64,000 bases of DNA from positions 5,394,001 to 5,458,000 of the forward strand of contig OX337229.1 of the NCBI GenBank assembly GCA_946965045.2, in the 5' to 3' direction. The first letter of the stretch is position 1. Every line of letters begins with the position of its first letter. The position numbers and the translations under genes were made by a program. Under the pieces are notes generated by a model, which was not told where the DNA came from, searched no databases, and saw only the letters and a program-made list of their open reading frames with translations. This stretch comes from Epithemia pelagica. Lineage: Eukaryota > Protista > Bacillariophyta. This document shows, piece after piece, positions 18,773-30,431 of this stretch.

Positions 18773-20191
18773 ATGAAAATGATCATATTTCCTCGATGGT
18801 TCGTTGCTTTCGGGACGGTGCTGCTCGTGATGGTCCATGGAGGTCTGTGGGGTTGTTCCGCCTTTGGTGGTGCTAGTACGACGACCAAGAATGGCAAGAG
18901 ACCATTTTATCAAATATCCAGTTGTCCAGCATTCCATGAAACGAGGAGATTCGCACCTCCATTGACTGCCTTTTACAATAATTTTGAAGAAACCTCCAAA
19001 AATGAAGACGATGATGAGGAGGACGAGGACGACGACGACGACGATTATTTGGAGGAGGACGATTACAATGACAAGGCTGTCCAAGATTTTCGGTCCAAAA
19101 TGTCCTCCTTGTTTGGCACGGACGACAACAAGGACGACACGACTCGTCCCAGTGCGGCATCCTCGACCGAGGCCATTGACGAATTGATTCAATTGGTACG
19201 ACAATCCTCCGACGACTCGTCCGCAACAAAGAACAAGGAACCGAAAGAATGGGCGCAACCGACCACTCTACTGGAACCAGGGACGGTTCTCGTGGCCAAT
19301 CCAGCGCGCTTTTGCAATGATTTTGGCATTTCCAATAATGACGACGACGACGACGAAAACGAGAACCTGGCCTTGTTTTCAACCTTTTTGGGAACCAACC
19401 GTGCCAGTGGCAATTCGGTCAATCCGCGCTTGTTGCAAAAATTTGGCTTGACCTTACCTCCACCCGCCGATTTGGGTCCGGATCGACGAGCGGATTTATT
19501 ACCGGTTCTCATGATTGTGGAACGAACTCGAGGCGACAGTGACGACGAGGATATGATTCAAGCCGTCTTGTTGAATCGACGAACGGGATACTTGCTGGGA
19601 GATTTGGAACAACCCACACAACAAAGCAGCATGAATGACGACGACGATGATGACAAGACGGCATCCTCCTCTATGGCACCCTTGTTGGAAAAATTTTGCA
19701 TTCAGCCCTTGTGGTTTGGAGGAGTCTACAATCACAACCAACGAGATGGTAGCAGTACGAGTATGGCTTCGGGATTGGACATGCTGCATCTTTGTCCAGC
19801 CGTTCCCGGTGCCAAAGCCATTACGGACGATGGTTTGTATTGGGGTGGCGATCCTTCCTTGGCACAAGACTTTTTGAACGATCCTTCCCAAGCCCGTATT
19901 TATACCGGTTTTGATTTCAAATTCTTTGTCCAAATTACCCAATGGTCCACGGCCAAGGAACTGCAACATGAATTACAAGCGCCGCCAACGGACCAACCTG
20001 CAGCAGCCCATGACCGGTATGGAAATTGGTTTGCCTGTCGTGTCAACAAAGAAGTCTTGTTCAAAAGTCGAGATCGCATGGGTGGTGGAACACGAGGACG
20101 ACCCGCCAAGCCTCTATGGACCGAAATTATGCAACTCTTGGGAGGAGAGTATTTGGAAATTTGTCAAACACTCTATCAACAAGAGGAATGA
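18773..20191 (+). CDS. AlgH/YqgE (DUF179)-like protein, probably plastid-targeted
   Basis: Signal peptide ending GCSAF plus a Ser/Thr-rich transit region. Motifs PGTVLVANP, AVLLNRRTG, PLWFGG, LHLCP, GLYWGG and FKFFVQITQW. Confidence 0.7.
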   Translation: MKMIIFPRWFVAFGTVLLVMVHGGLWGCSAFGGASTTTKNGKRPFYQISSCPAFHETRRFAPPLTAFYNNFEETSKNEDDDEEDEDDDDDDYLEEDDYNDKAVQDFRSKMSSLFGTDDNKDDTTRPSAASSTEAIDELIQLVRQSSDDSSATKNKEPKEWAQPTTLLEPGTVLVANPARFCNDFGISNNDDDDDENENLALFSTFLGTNRASGNSVNPRLLQKFGLTLPPPADLGPDRRADLLPVLMIVERTRGDSDDEDMIQAVLLNRRTGYLLGDLEQPTQQSSMNDDDDDDKTASSSMAPLLEKFCIQPLWFGGVYNHNQRDGSSTSMASGLDMLHLCPAVPGAKAITDDGLYWGGDPSLAQDFLNDPSQARIYTGFDFKFFVQITQWSTAKELQHELQAPPTDQPAAAHDRYGNWFACRVNKEVLFKSRDRMGGGTRGRPAKPLWTEIMQLLGGEYLEICQTLYQQEE

Positions 20192-20702
20192 CCAAAAGAC
20201 AATCAGAAAGCAGCAGCAGCAGAAGAACACAAACACACGAGTGGACAACCAAACATCAAGATCGAGAAAACACACGAACATCTGGGACAATGGTTGTCGA
20301 ACCGTCGGAACTCGGGCACCTTGGGAGAGCCAACTCGTACCACCATCTGACGCGAGACAAGGCTGCCAGGCAGCGCATGCTGGTACCCATTCGAGCAAAT
20401 TCGTTCCAAAACAAGTCGGCAACACTTGCCTATCGACCTGTTGTTAGTACATACGTTGATTCATTCACATAGTAGAGAGATTCAGTTGGTTGTTATAAAT
20501 AGCTGAATAATCATTGTAACAACAACACTCAATCGAAGCAAGAGAAAAATGGTAATGCAGCACATGGGCTGCTACGTTTTTGTATATTATGGGCAAAGGA
20601 TTGAGAAATGGCGTTTTCGTTTGGACAAGTTCGATTCAATGCGCTGAAGCAAAGATACAACGTTTGATTGTGTAGATTGGATCTCTTCCTCTTCGTCTCT
20701 TG

Positions 20703-20725
20703 ATGAGGGTCATGATGACCCTCAT
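20703..20725. promoter_or_regulatory. Perfect 11-bp inverted repeat with 1-nt spacer upstream of the MDR gene
   Basis: atgagggtcat-g-atgaccctcat. The structure is clear; a regulatory role is only inferred from its position. Confidence 0.35.
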
Positions 20726-21089
20726 TCCAACTAGCTACTAGCTAGAGGTACTCCTATGTGTGCAGAGAACCTACGAGTCGTAGCATGAAAGATCAGGTTA
20801 CCCTTAACCTTAAATAAGTTTGCTTGCAACACAAAGATATTCTGTACATCACTACTACGCCTTCAAAGTACAGTATTCTGACGTGGCAAGTGAGTTTGGA
20901 CCTTCGACGAATGGCATCGATGATCCTTGCTCATTCAACTTCGACATTCAACTTCGAGATGTGGCTCCCGAAGAAGCTCCTTCAGGATCGTCGGCTTTCT
21001 TCGATAAGCGGGTGGGTTGGCATCCGACTTCTCACAAAACCCACAGTAGCCAAAAAACGAAAAGACGAGAATGGATAGTTTCAGAAACC

Positions 21090-22133
21090 ATGACGACAAT
21101 GAAGCGAATTGATTTGATTCAAGCCGGAGGATTTGCTCCCGGAACCAACCTGGTGGTGTCCCAAGTGCCAGTTCCCAAGCCGGCGGCTGGACAGGTGTTG
21201 ATTGACATTAAGGCCAGTGCGATCAATCCAGTCGACTGGAAAATGGCGGAATACGGGTTCCTCATGCCCACTCCGACGGCCGATGCACCGGTCGGACTTG
21301 GCTGCGACATTGCCGGAATCGTCACCGACGCTGACGATGCGTCGTGGATTGGCAAACGAGTGGTGGCCTACCTGGGTGCCCACAAATTGCCACAGGATCC
21401 CACGGATCGTTCCGCCTATGCCGAACAGGTGTTGGTCGACGCCGAAGTAGTCTTTGAAATTCCCAAGGATACTACAACGTTTGCCCAAGCTGCAAGCCTC
21501 CCAGTGGGAGGATTGACGGCACAGTTGTTGTTGGACGCTGTCCAGGAGAGTGTCGTGGATTGGGTCTTGGTGTGGGGGGCTTCGTCCTCGGTTGGATTCA
21601 ATGCCGTCCAGCTCGCTGCCAAACAGGGATGGAAGGTGATTGCCGTGGCCTCAGCCAAGCACAAGGACAAGTTACTCCAGGTGGGAGCCACGTCTGTTGT
21701 AGATTATCGTCAAGACAATGTGTTGGAGACGGTGAAATCCATCTTGAGCGAAAATAGCAGCGACACCAAGAAGGCAACCCTGGGTGGTGTCGTGGATTGC
21801 ATAGGGGACAAGACGGTCCAGGAAACCTGTGTCAAGCTCTTGTCGGAATGTGGAGACAGCCAGGCACCCAAGGTCCTTAGTTCCGTATCGGGAATGGGAT
21901 TGCCCGAAGCACCAGAGGGCGTTTCAATCAAGCCGATTGAACTTGCCACAGCACTCGACACTCCTGAAAAACGGGTCTTTGTCAAGAAACATTTCCCCAC
22001 TGTGTTGGAGGTGGAACCACAAGCCATTCGTTCCGTCAAGGGAGATTATACTGCCGAAACGGTACAGTCTGCCTTTCAAATTAACAAGGACGGTGTCTCG
22101 GGAGAAAAGGTGATCATTGAGTGGACGCCGTAA
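21090..22133 (+). CDS. Medium-chain dehydrogenase/reductase, Zn-independent enoyl-reductase/quinone-oxidoreductase-like (347 aa)
   Basis: ASAINPVDWK, GLGCDIAGIV, nucleotide-binding LVWGASSSVGFNAVQLA and C-terminal GVSGEKVII. No Zn-ligand Cys cluster. Confidence 0.88.
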   Translation: MTTMKRIDLIQAGGFAPGTNLVVSQVPVPKPAAGQVLIDIKASAINPVDWKMAEYGFLMPTPTADAPVGLGCDIAGIVTDADDASWIGKRVVAYLGAHKLPQDPTDRSAYAEQVLVDAEVVFEIPKDTTTFAQAASLPVGGLTAQLLLDAVQESVVDWVLVWGASSSVGFNAVQLAAKQGWKVIAVASAKHKDKLLQVGATSVVDYRQDNVLETVKSILSENSSDTKKATLGGVVDCIGDKTVQETCVKLLSECGDSQAPKVLSSVSGMGLPEAPEGVSIKPIELATALDTPEKRVFVKKHFPTVLEVEPQAIRSVKGDYTAETVQSAFQINKDGVSGEKVIIEWTP

Positions 22134-22228
22134 AAAACCAACATAAAATAATCGACTTTTATCACTTTTTCACGTATGAATTTATGGCTAATAACATATG
22201 AACTAGATTCGTACCACCTCTCAGGACT

Positions 22229-25200
22229 TCAAATGCGTAGAATTCCCTGTGGCCTTTTGGACAGGGACTTGAGAAGGCAGCCCACGACGCAAGCGCTCGC
22301 CAATGCAACAGCAAACACGGCAATTACCATCCAGTACTGCAAGGCCATCATTTGATCGTGAAGATCATCCATCACGTCTTCCAGGTTGCCTTCTTGTCGA
22401 GTCGTTTGTGTATCCATCTCGGAAAAGTGACGAGTATCCTCTTCCAACTTGCGAGCTCGACCACCAATGTTTGAGTTCTTGATAAGTTTGACGACACCTT
22501 CAATGGCTCCACCTTCATATACGTTCCCATTCACATCATGAACATTGGAGAGTGAAACCTGCAGCTCTTTACCCAAGAGCTCGTCGTGGTCAATCCTTAC
22601 CGGATCCAGATGAAATGAGATGGATCGACCTTCACACATGACCAACAGTTCTTCACCCGTATTGTCCAGTGTACGATTCTCGTGGAGAGCCACACTGAGA
22701 GAAAAGCCATGAGGCTCGGCACAGTCTAACGGCTCGGAAAATTCAATTTCGATTGGTTCATCCACCAAATAGTAGTCGTTTTGAAATGCCGGACCAAACA
22801 AACTTGGATGAATACGATCAAAGCTTCCCCGGATTTGTGGTGTTGCTGCAAAATTAAAGTCCGCTGGCAAATCCCCTGTTGGGTCGGGACACACCGTGCG
22901 AGCCTCAATCTCGTACTCACCGTCCGACAGAGCTCCAATGTCCCATTCGGCAGTGATGTATCCATATTCGTCTTTATGGATCGTTGTAAAGTCAATTGGA
23001 ACACTTGAATCCTCACCGCTGAGTCGATGCAGGGCCCGAGACCACGCCGAAGAACCCACTCGACGGAACCACAATCCAGCATCCTCCAGACGACCCAAAG
23101 AACTGGATACAGACATGTTAAAAGTCTGTATGTTGTAGTCCACGTTCCGCACAACAACTTTCAAAGTGTACTCGGGACTCGTCGACTTTCGATCCCCAGT
23201 ATTGATTTCGAAACGATTCTCAAGCGCCAAATCTCCTTCCCATGCGATTCTTGGACACGGTTGCGCAAACCGGATGCGTTCCTTTGGCTCTCCATCCTTG
23301 ACTGTAGAATCCACAACGTTGAATAGCTCGATGGATGCGATAGCTGGGTTATCCTGTACAAATGTCTCTCCAAAAACCCGTTCCAGTCTTGCAACGCGTG
23401 CACCATCACATCTCGTGTGATGATTGCTTTAACACAGTCTTCTGTCGTCTTGTCGTCCACCGTTTTGTTGCAATTGAGAACAGTCATGTTGGACTGAGCG
23501 GCATCGCGGAGTCCAGTTAGTTCAGGGATTTCGACCTTGTCAATCTCAAACCGACTGAGGAACCCGATCCCAGGCTTATTCTCAGGAGATGTTAGACTGA
23601 ACTTCGTCTTTTCCGTGGCAAATGCGCAGGTTCCCCCAAAGACATTTGATTTATTGAACCCAACTTCCTGTACTTTTTGGAACTTTGCGTTCAGGTTCGG
23701 CACCAAAAATATATCAGAGTCTTTGCCAGCAACCCACACTTCAGTACTGGTCTGGAAACTCCATGTGGTGGTGAACGAGCCTGCAGTCTTCTCATCAATC
23801 AACGAGACAAGAAAATTGGTTTCGCCGGCCCCTTTGAGAGTTTTTTTGATTTTCCCTTCAATTAATTCTAGACACATTTCCACAAAGAGACCGGCACAGG
23901 TCTGAATCTCACTTGTAGTCCCAAAACTTCCCTTCATGCTGACATCCAAGCCGACAAACGTTTCATAATCCTTCATTTCCATTCGAATTGTGCTTATCAT
24001 GTTTTCATAGTAGGCATAGGAGCTCCCGCCTGGGGGATCCCGTAGAACTAGCAATGGCTTATGGGTCGGAAGGGCAACTGATTGACTTCCGGCCAGAGCA
24101 AAATCCCCAGTCACCACAACATCCGACTTGTGAATCGAGCCGGACTTGTCCATAACAACAAACAATGGCTTTGTCATGGTGCTGCCAAATGGATTTGGCT
24201 GACCACTCAAGAGAACCACCGAAGCTTGTGCGTTTTCACCAGTAGCCTCGTCCATTTGTAGTGGGTGAGAGCATGAAGGACTACAAGCTTGAAGTGCCTG
24301 AACTTGCTGAGTGAAATCGGGATTTCCCTCGAGTTGACTTAAAAACTCCCGATCTCCAGGAGAATCAATGACACCCACTTGATTTTGAATCGAAATGGTG
24401 GTGTTGGCCGGATACCGAGAACACGATATAATGTCAAACCCAAATTCTTGCCTTGCCATGACATGGACCACAAAGAAAGTAAAAGATGGTAGGACATGGA
24501 GAGAATATGAATCGACGCCTTCCTCTCGCGCAGATGAGCCACATGTTCCAGTGTCCATGTTCCCAAAGCGAACTTGCAACACATCGGTTCCATCGTATTG
24601 GAATCGAATGCGTTTCATGTCTGTCTTTGCCTTTTCTTTCTTTTCCTCTTCTTCCAAGGCAGCCGCTTCCAAACTATCTGGATCCAAATCCGTGTTGTCA
24701 ATGGCTTCATTTGTCGACAGAAGGGAAGTTGATGTTCCATTGTTGCTGTCGTTATTCTTTCCCCCTACTCCCTGTGGCAACGACGATTCCTCTTCCGCCG
24801 CATCCTCTTCTTCGAGATCGCGAAGATCAAGACTTTCCATAATGACATTTCGTTCTTGATTGTCATCAAGTCCAGTGACTGTCACAACACGCACGTCAAT
24901 GGGTTGTGCAATGACCCGGTAAATCTGGCGAAACCCGTCCTGAATCAAGGCTTGTCCGTCCCATTCACATCCTTGCATCGTCAAAGAGAGTTCGGTTTGT
25001 CCCAGAACTCGATCGCACAAGCCTCCGGCCACTTCTATCGTCAACAACGCTGTGGTAATATCATGCAAATCAAAGTTTTCATAGATTCCATCGGGATTTA
25101 TGAGAATGCCTTGTTCAAACAAGGGGGCGTGGTCCGGGTTAATGGGACGAAACTCGTGGTTGTGGTATCGTACTTGAGGAGAAATGGTCGTTCCAATGAC

Positions 25201-27178
25201 TGCTGGAAGCGCATAGTTTCCCTTATTGTCGGTCTGGACACAAACGGATGGATCTGTTACTTGAAGAGCGTTGCGCGTGGTATGATCCACCATACACACT
25301 TGAGCACCTACAATGGGACATCCCAAGGCACCGGCACCGGGCATTTCCGTCCCATGAACTTTCACCGTGCCGCGGAAGGGTACAGTCGTATCATCAATGA
25401 CATGGACAGGAGCTTCGAATTCCAAATGACGAAGGTATACCACTGTTGTGTTGACTTTGGAGGCCTCGGTAATAATGGGAGTCGATCCATCTCCCAACTG
25501 GTCCCCCGTGTCATCATCTTCGGGAATTGTCGTACTGCAGTCTTTGGTCGAATCGTTACACAAAAACCGATGGACTATGGAACTTGTCGTTTTGGCAAAA
25601 CGCAATCGAACAGGAAACTCGTCGTCGTTGTTCAAGGAAGGATGGACTAGGGAGAGACTGATGGTGAACTTGCCCGAGGCCCCTGTCTTTGTCCGACACC
25701 AACCATCTTGATCATAATCCTCGCATGCCGGAAGGACAAAAGCTTGCTGTTGTTGCAAATCTTCCATCCGATATTCTACAATCACGTCTTGAACCGGCAA
25801 AAACCCTGCCTCTTCTTCCAAGGTTACCTGGCCGTCAATGGAAGCTTGCCACAAGACGGTATGCCGCACAGTGGTGGGCGCGCTGTTTCGCCAGGCATGT
25901 TTGGACGCCTCTCGAATATTATACTCTTATTCTTGCCCCACAACAAGATTGGAAATGCTCAAATCATCCGCAATTTGATGTCCTGGAACATAGGGTTCTT
26001 GGGCACATTGTTGCCGAGAGAAAAAGTAGTAATCCGAGGTGAAGACTTCATTGTTGCTGGTGGTCGCAGAATCGGTAGTCTTCGCTCCGCGAAAAGGAAT
26101 AGGCGTCTTCACATCGTGAATTATCAATCCATTCAAATTGGACAAAGCCATCTTGTTGCCAAACCTTGGCTCCATCTGGCTTTCCCGATTCATCCTTGTC
26201 TAGTATGTTGCAGTAACACTTGGTTGTGACAATGGGTCCAAAGTGCGCCTTTCCTTCTCGTGGATTATTGATATCGTCGGAAATATCGAGATTGATAATG
26301 TGCAGGACATGGCGAGATCCGGGATCCAGGTTGGTGAAGGAAAAGGTTTGAACTTGACTAAACGAGTCAAAGTCGACATAGAGATTGGATTAGTCTGGGA
26401 GCGGGACGGCCAGACCACCGGCATCATCGGCCAATTGATGAAGCACGAGTTTGACGCGACCGGGTGTCACATTGGAAATGGACACTTCAAAGGACGATAC
26501 ACCCACTTGGGAGACCACCTGTTTGGGTGCCGTGACGCATTTGCCCGTATGCTTCTCCACGTCGGGACCACCCGTCAAGAAATTCTCAAAACCAGCTTCG
26601 CATTGGCATTCATAGCCATTGCCAGGTAGATTGTGACACTCGCTATGTTCCGGACAGGTAAAGGCTTCTTTACATTCGTCAATATCATGACAGGTGGATC
26701 CCACAAAGTCTTGTCCACAGGGACAATAGGCGGCCGTGACTTTTTTCCGAATATCCTCGTTCTTGGGCAAGTATGTTTCTTTACAGGCACGAAGTTTGGT
26801 ATGGGTGTAAAAGTAAGTATCCAGGTCATGAGCTTCCTTGATACCCGATTGCAATTTGCCATCCGTGCGCCAGCGCCATTCTTGCTTGGCATCCGTACAA
26901 TCGACGTATTCATTGGAACCTCCCGTTTTGCTTTGCAGACAGGACCGTCCTCCCATTTTGCTTTGCAAGGAAAATGTTTCAGACAAGAGACCACTGTCCC
27001 AATTGGACTTGATCTCGGCATTGACTCGACAAAGCTCATTGCGTTGGTTTTGTGTGCGACCCGGTTTAAACATGACAGCCTGTACCATTCCCAAAGGAAA
27101 GGTGGCAGAGAGCATGACCGACACTGCTAGAGCGACAAAGTGTTGACCACAAAACGTCGGCTTTGGTTTCCCCCTCAT
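22229..27178 (-). pseudogene. Disrupted giant type I cell-surface protein (signal peptide, ricin-like QxW repeats, Ca-EGF, FN3-like and beta-rich repeats, C-terminal TM helix)
   Basis: One colinear protein is split into four pieces. In-frame TAA at 26392-26390 (PLPD*SNLY), frameshift ~26070-26095, in-frame TAA at 25929-25927 (VGQE*EYNI) and frameshift ~23370. EGF DIDECKEAFTCPEHSECHNLPGNGYECQC; TM YWMVIAVFAVALASACVVGCLL. Confidence 0.8.
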
Positions 27179-28598
27179 GATGATTGGTTATGGTTGTCGT
27201 TGCTGTTGTGATTTGGAACTGGAAGGCTTTGATGGTTTTTGATTTTGTGAGCAGAATCCATCTTTCATTTTTCTCGTTCGCCTTTGTTGGGATGTGATTC
27301 TTCCGAATGGTCCAGTTGTGTCTTTTGCCGTAGCAAAATCCCACAGCGGCGATGCACACATGGAGTCATCCTCTTTTGGCACCGAAACGTGTCCTTCGCT
27401 GAAATGGAGACCTGTGTTTTCATGTTTTTTTTATTTTGGAACGATAGATTGGAAGGATGATGGAGACTCATCCTCTCCTATATTGAGTAGGGTCTTGCTG
27501 AATGGGGGAAAGACACATGATACAGCAGACGTGCTCCTTGTGAAGGAGTCATGGACATCTCTTTCATCACACACGTTTCCCTTACTCCAAGCGCACCTTG
27601 TGTGGTGCAGCAAAAAAGATACAGAATCTTTCACAGAATCCATGCTTGACACGACTGTCTCCTTGTTCCGTTTGTGTCACGCTGTACTTCCGAATACCTA
27701 TCTATTGCAAGCAAATAAAGTAAAAAGATTTTATTACTAGGATGTTTATAGTGCTTCTGAGGAGTAATTGGACCAAGTCGCATAGCTGAACGGAACAAAG
27801 CATAGCTAATAGCGTAGCCTCTAGTGTGTCCCCCAAGTCGCGATGAACGAGGAGGACCATGGCAAGGACCAGGAGGATGGCTCGGAGAAACTGCTCCTTC
27901 TACTACTCTAGAAAGCTAAATAGAAGTATGCGCATTAACCAGAGGATTGCACAATATACACCAAGGGGAGGATCGCAGTCAAAATAGCAGGTTCACATGT
28001 CGTTCTGGAGATGGTAGCTCACACCGGAACGCACTCAGGACAGGAGCCAGTGTGCAAGTTGTGCAGAGCAAAAGAGACGTTGGAGCGGCGCCAACATGCT
28101 CAATGGCTGTGATTGCCGTGCCACGACACCATGAAACTTGGTTTTTCGAGGAACACCTGGTTGATTTCAAGAGGAAGATTCATGTCTGGAGTTGGATCAA
28201 GTGTACATTCCCTGCGAATCAAGGGACATGGCTCGACAGCCATGAATCGCAGCAAGTTTTTCTATTATATTCGCCCTGATTTATTCTGGAGTCTCGAATG
28301 AAGACTCGACTTAGCAGCAGACAGTGTCTACATGACGGACCACAAAATCACATCAACCATCGAGAAAAGGGCTTAGCTGTAAAGTACATGCATTTTCGGA
28401 GAGTGACGAATTAAGATTATAGAATTTAGATTATATGAGGATGTCATAATGGCATGAGTATTGATTTCAATTGATGTAACTTGTAGAAAGACAGTCGATA
28501 GTGGGCCATGAGTTCAAACGTGTGTGCGTCAAGATTCTCGGGAGTTGTCAACGATACTGGCAACCCCAACGGTTGCGCGTGTCCCCTTTCCAGCAAAC

Positions 28599-28982
28599 TT
28601 AGCTGTATCGGACCGCCCACAAAAATCCCAAGGAGAAGCCACCGGCATCGGGGATTCCATTGGTCAATACACCCTTGACTTTTCTCCAGTACGTCTTGGC
28701 ATCTTCCACATCCAATTTGCCATCGGAATTGGTATCGACCGACTTGACGACATCGTCTTGAACCTTTTTCCAATCGACATCAATGTATCCGGCGTAGACG
28801 GCTCCTTGAACGGCCATAAAGCCCAAGCCAATCACAGTCGCGACCGCCTTGCCAATTTTCTTCAAGGCCATTCCACTGCAGTATCCAACGACAGCCCCAA
28901 AACCCAACTTGGCCATGATCGGCTTGGCTTGCTCAATGGCAGCTTCCATCACATCCTTCTTGGTGTCCTTGCTTTCGGTCAT
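28599..28982 (-). CDS. FUN14: FUN14-family membrane protein with an EF-hand-like loop (127 aa)
   Basis: KLGFGAVVGYCSGMALKKIGK, GLGFMAVQGAVYAGYIDVDWKKV and C-terminal GGFSLGFLW. Loop DTNSDGKLDVED. Confidence 0.88.
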   Translation of the reverse strand: MTESKDTKKDVMEAAIEQAKPIMAKLGFGAVVGYCSGMALKKIGKAVATVIGLGFMAVQGAVYAGYIDVDWKKVQDDVVKSVDTNSDGKLDVEDAKTYWRKVKGVLTNGIPDAGGFSLGFLWAVRYS

Positions 28983-30431
28983 TTTTGTCAATCTCGTCTT
29001 CTTTTGGAGCGTGTAATATAGATCAATGGATTCCTCGTTCTCTCGGTTGTGACCGTCAAACGTGTTGTGTTGTAAAAGTGGGCAAAAGGTCCTTGTCGAG
29101 AATGCGTTCTGATTGTAGCTTGTTCGCCTTCTCATCGTCGTCGTAGCGTGGGTCGACGACGACAGCGTGTGGTGACGTAAGCGTGATGTCGCTGTGGCGG
29201 GACTGCTATCCCGAATCCTGAATCGAAATGGCCTGCATTCAGCACATCCAGAGCGTTTGCGACTGATTCATTAAATTACAGTTTCATAGTATTGTTTGTT
29301 TTTCAAACGCGAAGGTTTGCAGTGTCCTTCCGCATCCATTCATTTTTGTTTTCTTTCTTCGACAAGGAGATGCAATGAAGAGGACTCTCTCTATCATCAT
29401 GCCAAAACGTCAATCATTCACCAGCAACAGCGTCAAAAACGTGTGGAACCAAGGCAATGGTGGTGGCGGGCTGAAGGTCTCGATGCCATCTTGTCCTTGG
29501 ATGAGATCAAGTGCCAAACATGGTTTGGGCCACGACGGGAGGGGAACACCAGGATCGAGATGGATGAAATCCATATCCAGCGTTCGACCCACAAGAATAC
29601 CAGTGCTACTACCATCGTACGAGACCCCTATCTCCTGTCATGATCGTGTAGAAACGCGGCACGAACCATGAACGGTTCGACATCCATTCAAGACGACGAC
29701 GACGACGCTTTCCAGTCATTTGACACCAACTTCCTACCGCCATGCACCAAGACACGATACGCTACTGTATTCCATTGGTCCAGAAAGCCATGTGGCAAGA
29801 ACTCTGAGTTTACTCTGTAATCCTTGTGTCACGACTCTGGGCTTGACCGTGTGTGCAAGTTGATGGGGACATTGGTACAACCCATGGTGCCGCACTCTGC
29901 TCACGATATCAGTTACACGTTTCACACCACTGGAACTGCAGGATTTGAGTGTGATTGAGGGCAACGAACGTTGTCCTTTAATGAGACGGCTCACTGTGAA
30001 ATTCTCGACGACACGTCGTCTACGAGCATCCCTCGGGCATTTTGGTGTCATTGGGGCAAAACACAGAGGTATGCCATCCTCTTGATTTCTGGTGGGCGAT
30101 CCTGTAGTTATCAGGCATAGATTCATTCATTGCGTTCTGTCCCGAACAACAGCGATGCACTCTCTAAAGACGGACTAAAGCCACTGGGCGCTGTCGACTT
30201 TGCAATTGTGGCGTTGAGACCTCCAAACACACATTGAAACGAATATGCACTCTACATGGAAAGAGGAAACTATAGATCAAGCAAACTGGCTACGAAATGA
30301 ATCATCATGCAAAAACTCTTCAAAACAAGAACCACAGCGTTCATCCACACCGAACACCCTGGTGCCGTCCCTTGGTGAACTTGAGGCTGGACTGCTTCAG
30401 GAAACACACAACTCCTGTGAGAGTCAGTTCA

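Noticed and set aside
20820-21089. N-terminal 90-aa extension of the MDR ORF
   Set aside because: It begins at TTG with no targeting features. Family similarity starts at ATG 21090.
23355-23412. 56-nt GT..AG intron that would repair the frameshift near 23370
   Set aside because: The donor (gtgatg) is poor, the length is short, and the removed sequence translates as plausible conserved protein (ALQDWNGFL).
24856-26229. Plus-strand ORFs of 264 aa and 173 aa
   Set aside because: Antisense to the surface-protein pseudogene, with no recognisable motifs.
25927-26392. TAA reassigned to Tyr or programmed readthrough in the surface-protein gene
   Set aside because: TAA ends other genes here (2978, 22133, 56308), and two frameshifts occur in the same gene. 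Pseudogenisation is simpler.
27200-30400. Short ORFs flanking FUN14 (e.g. 27947..28279, 29375..29671, 29734..30126)
   Set aside because: No recognisable domains or convincing splice structure. They cannot be supported without expression data.
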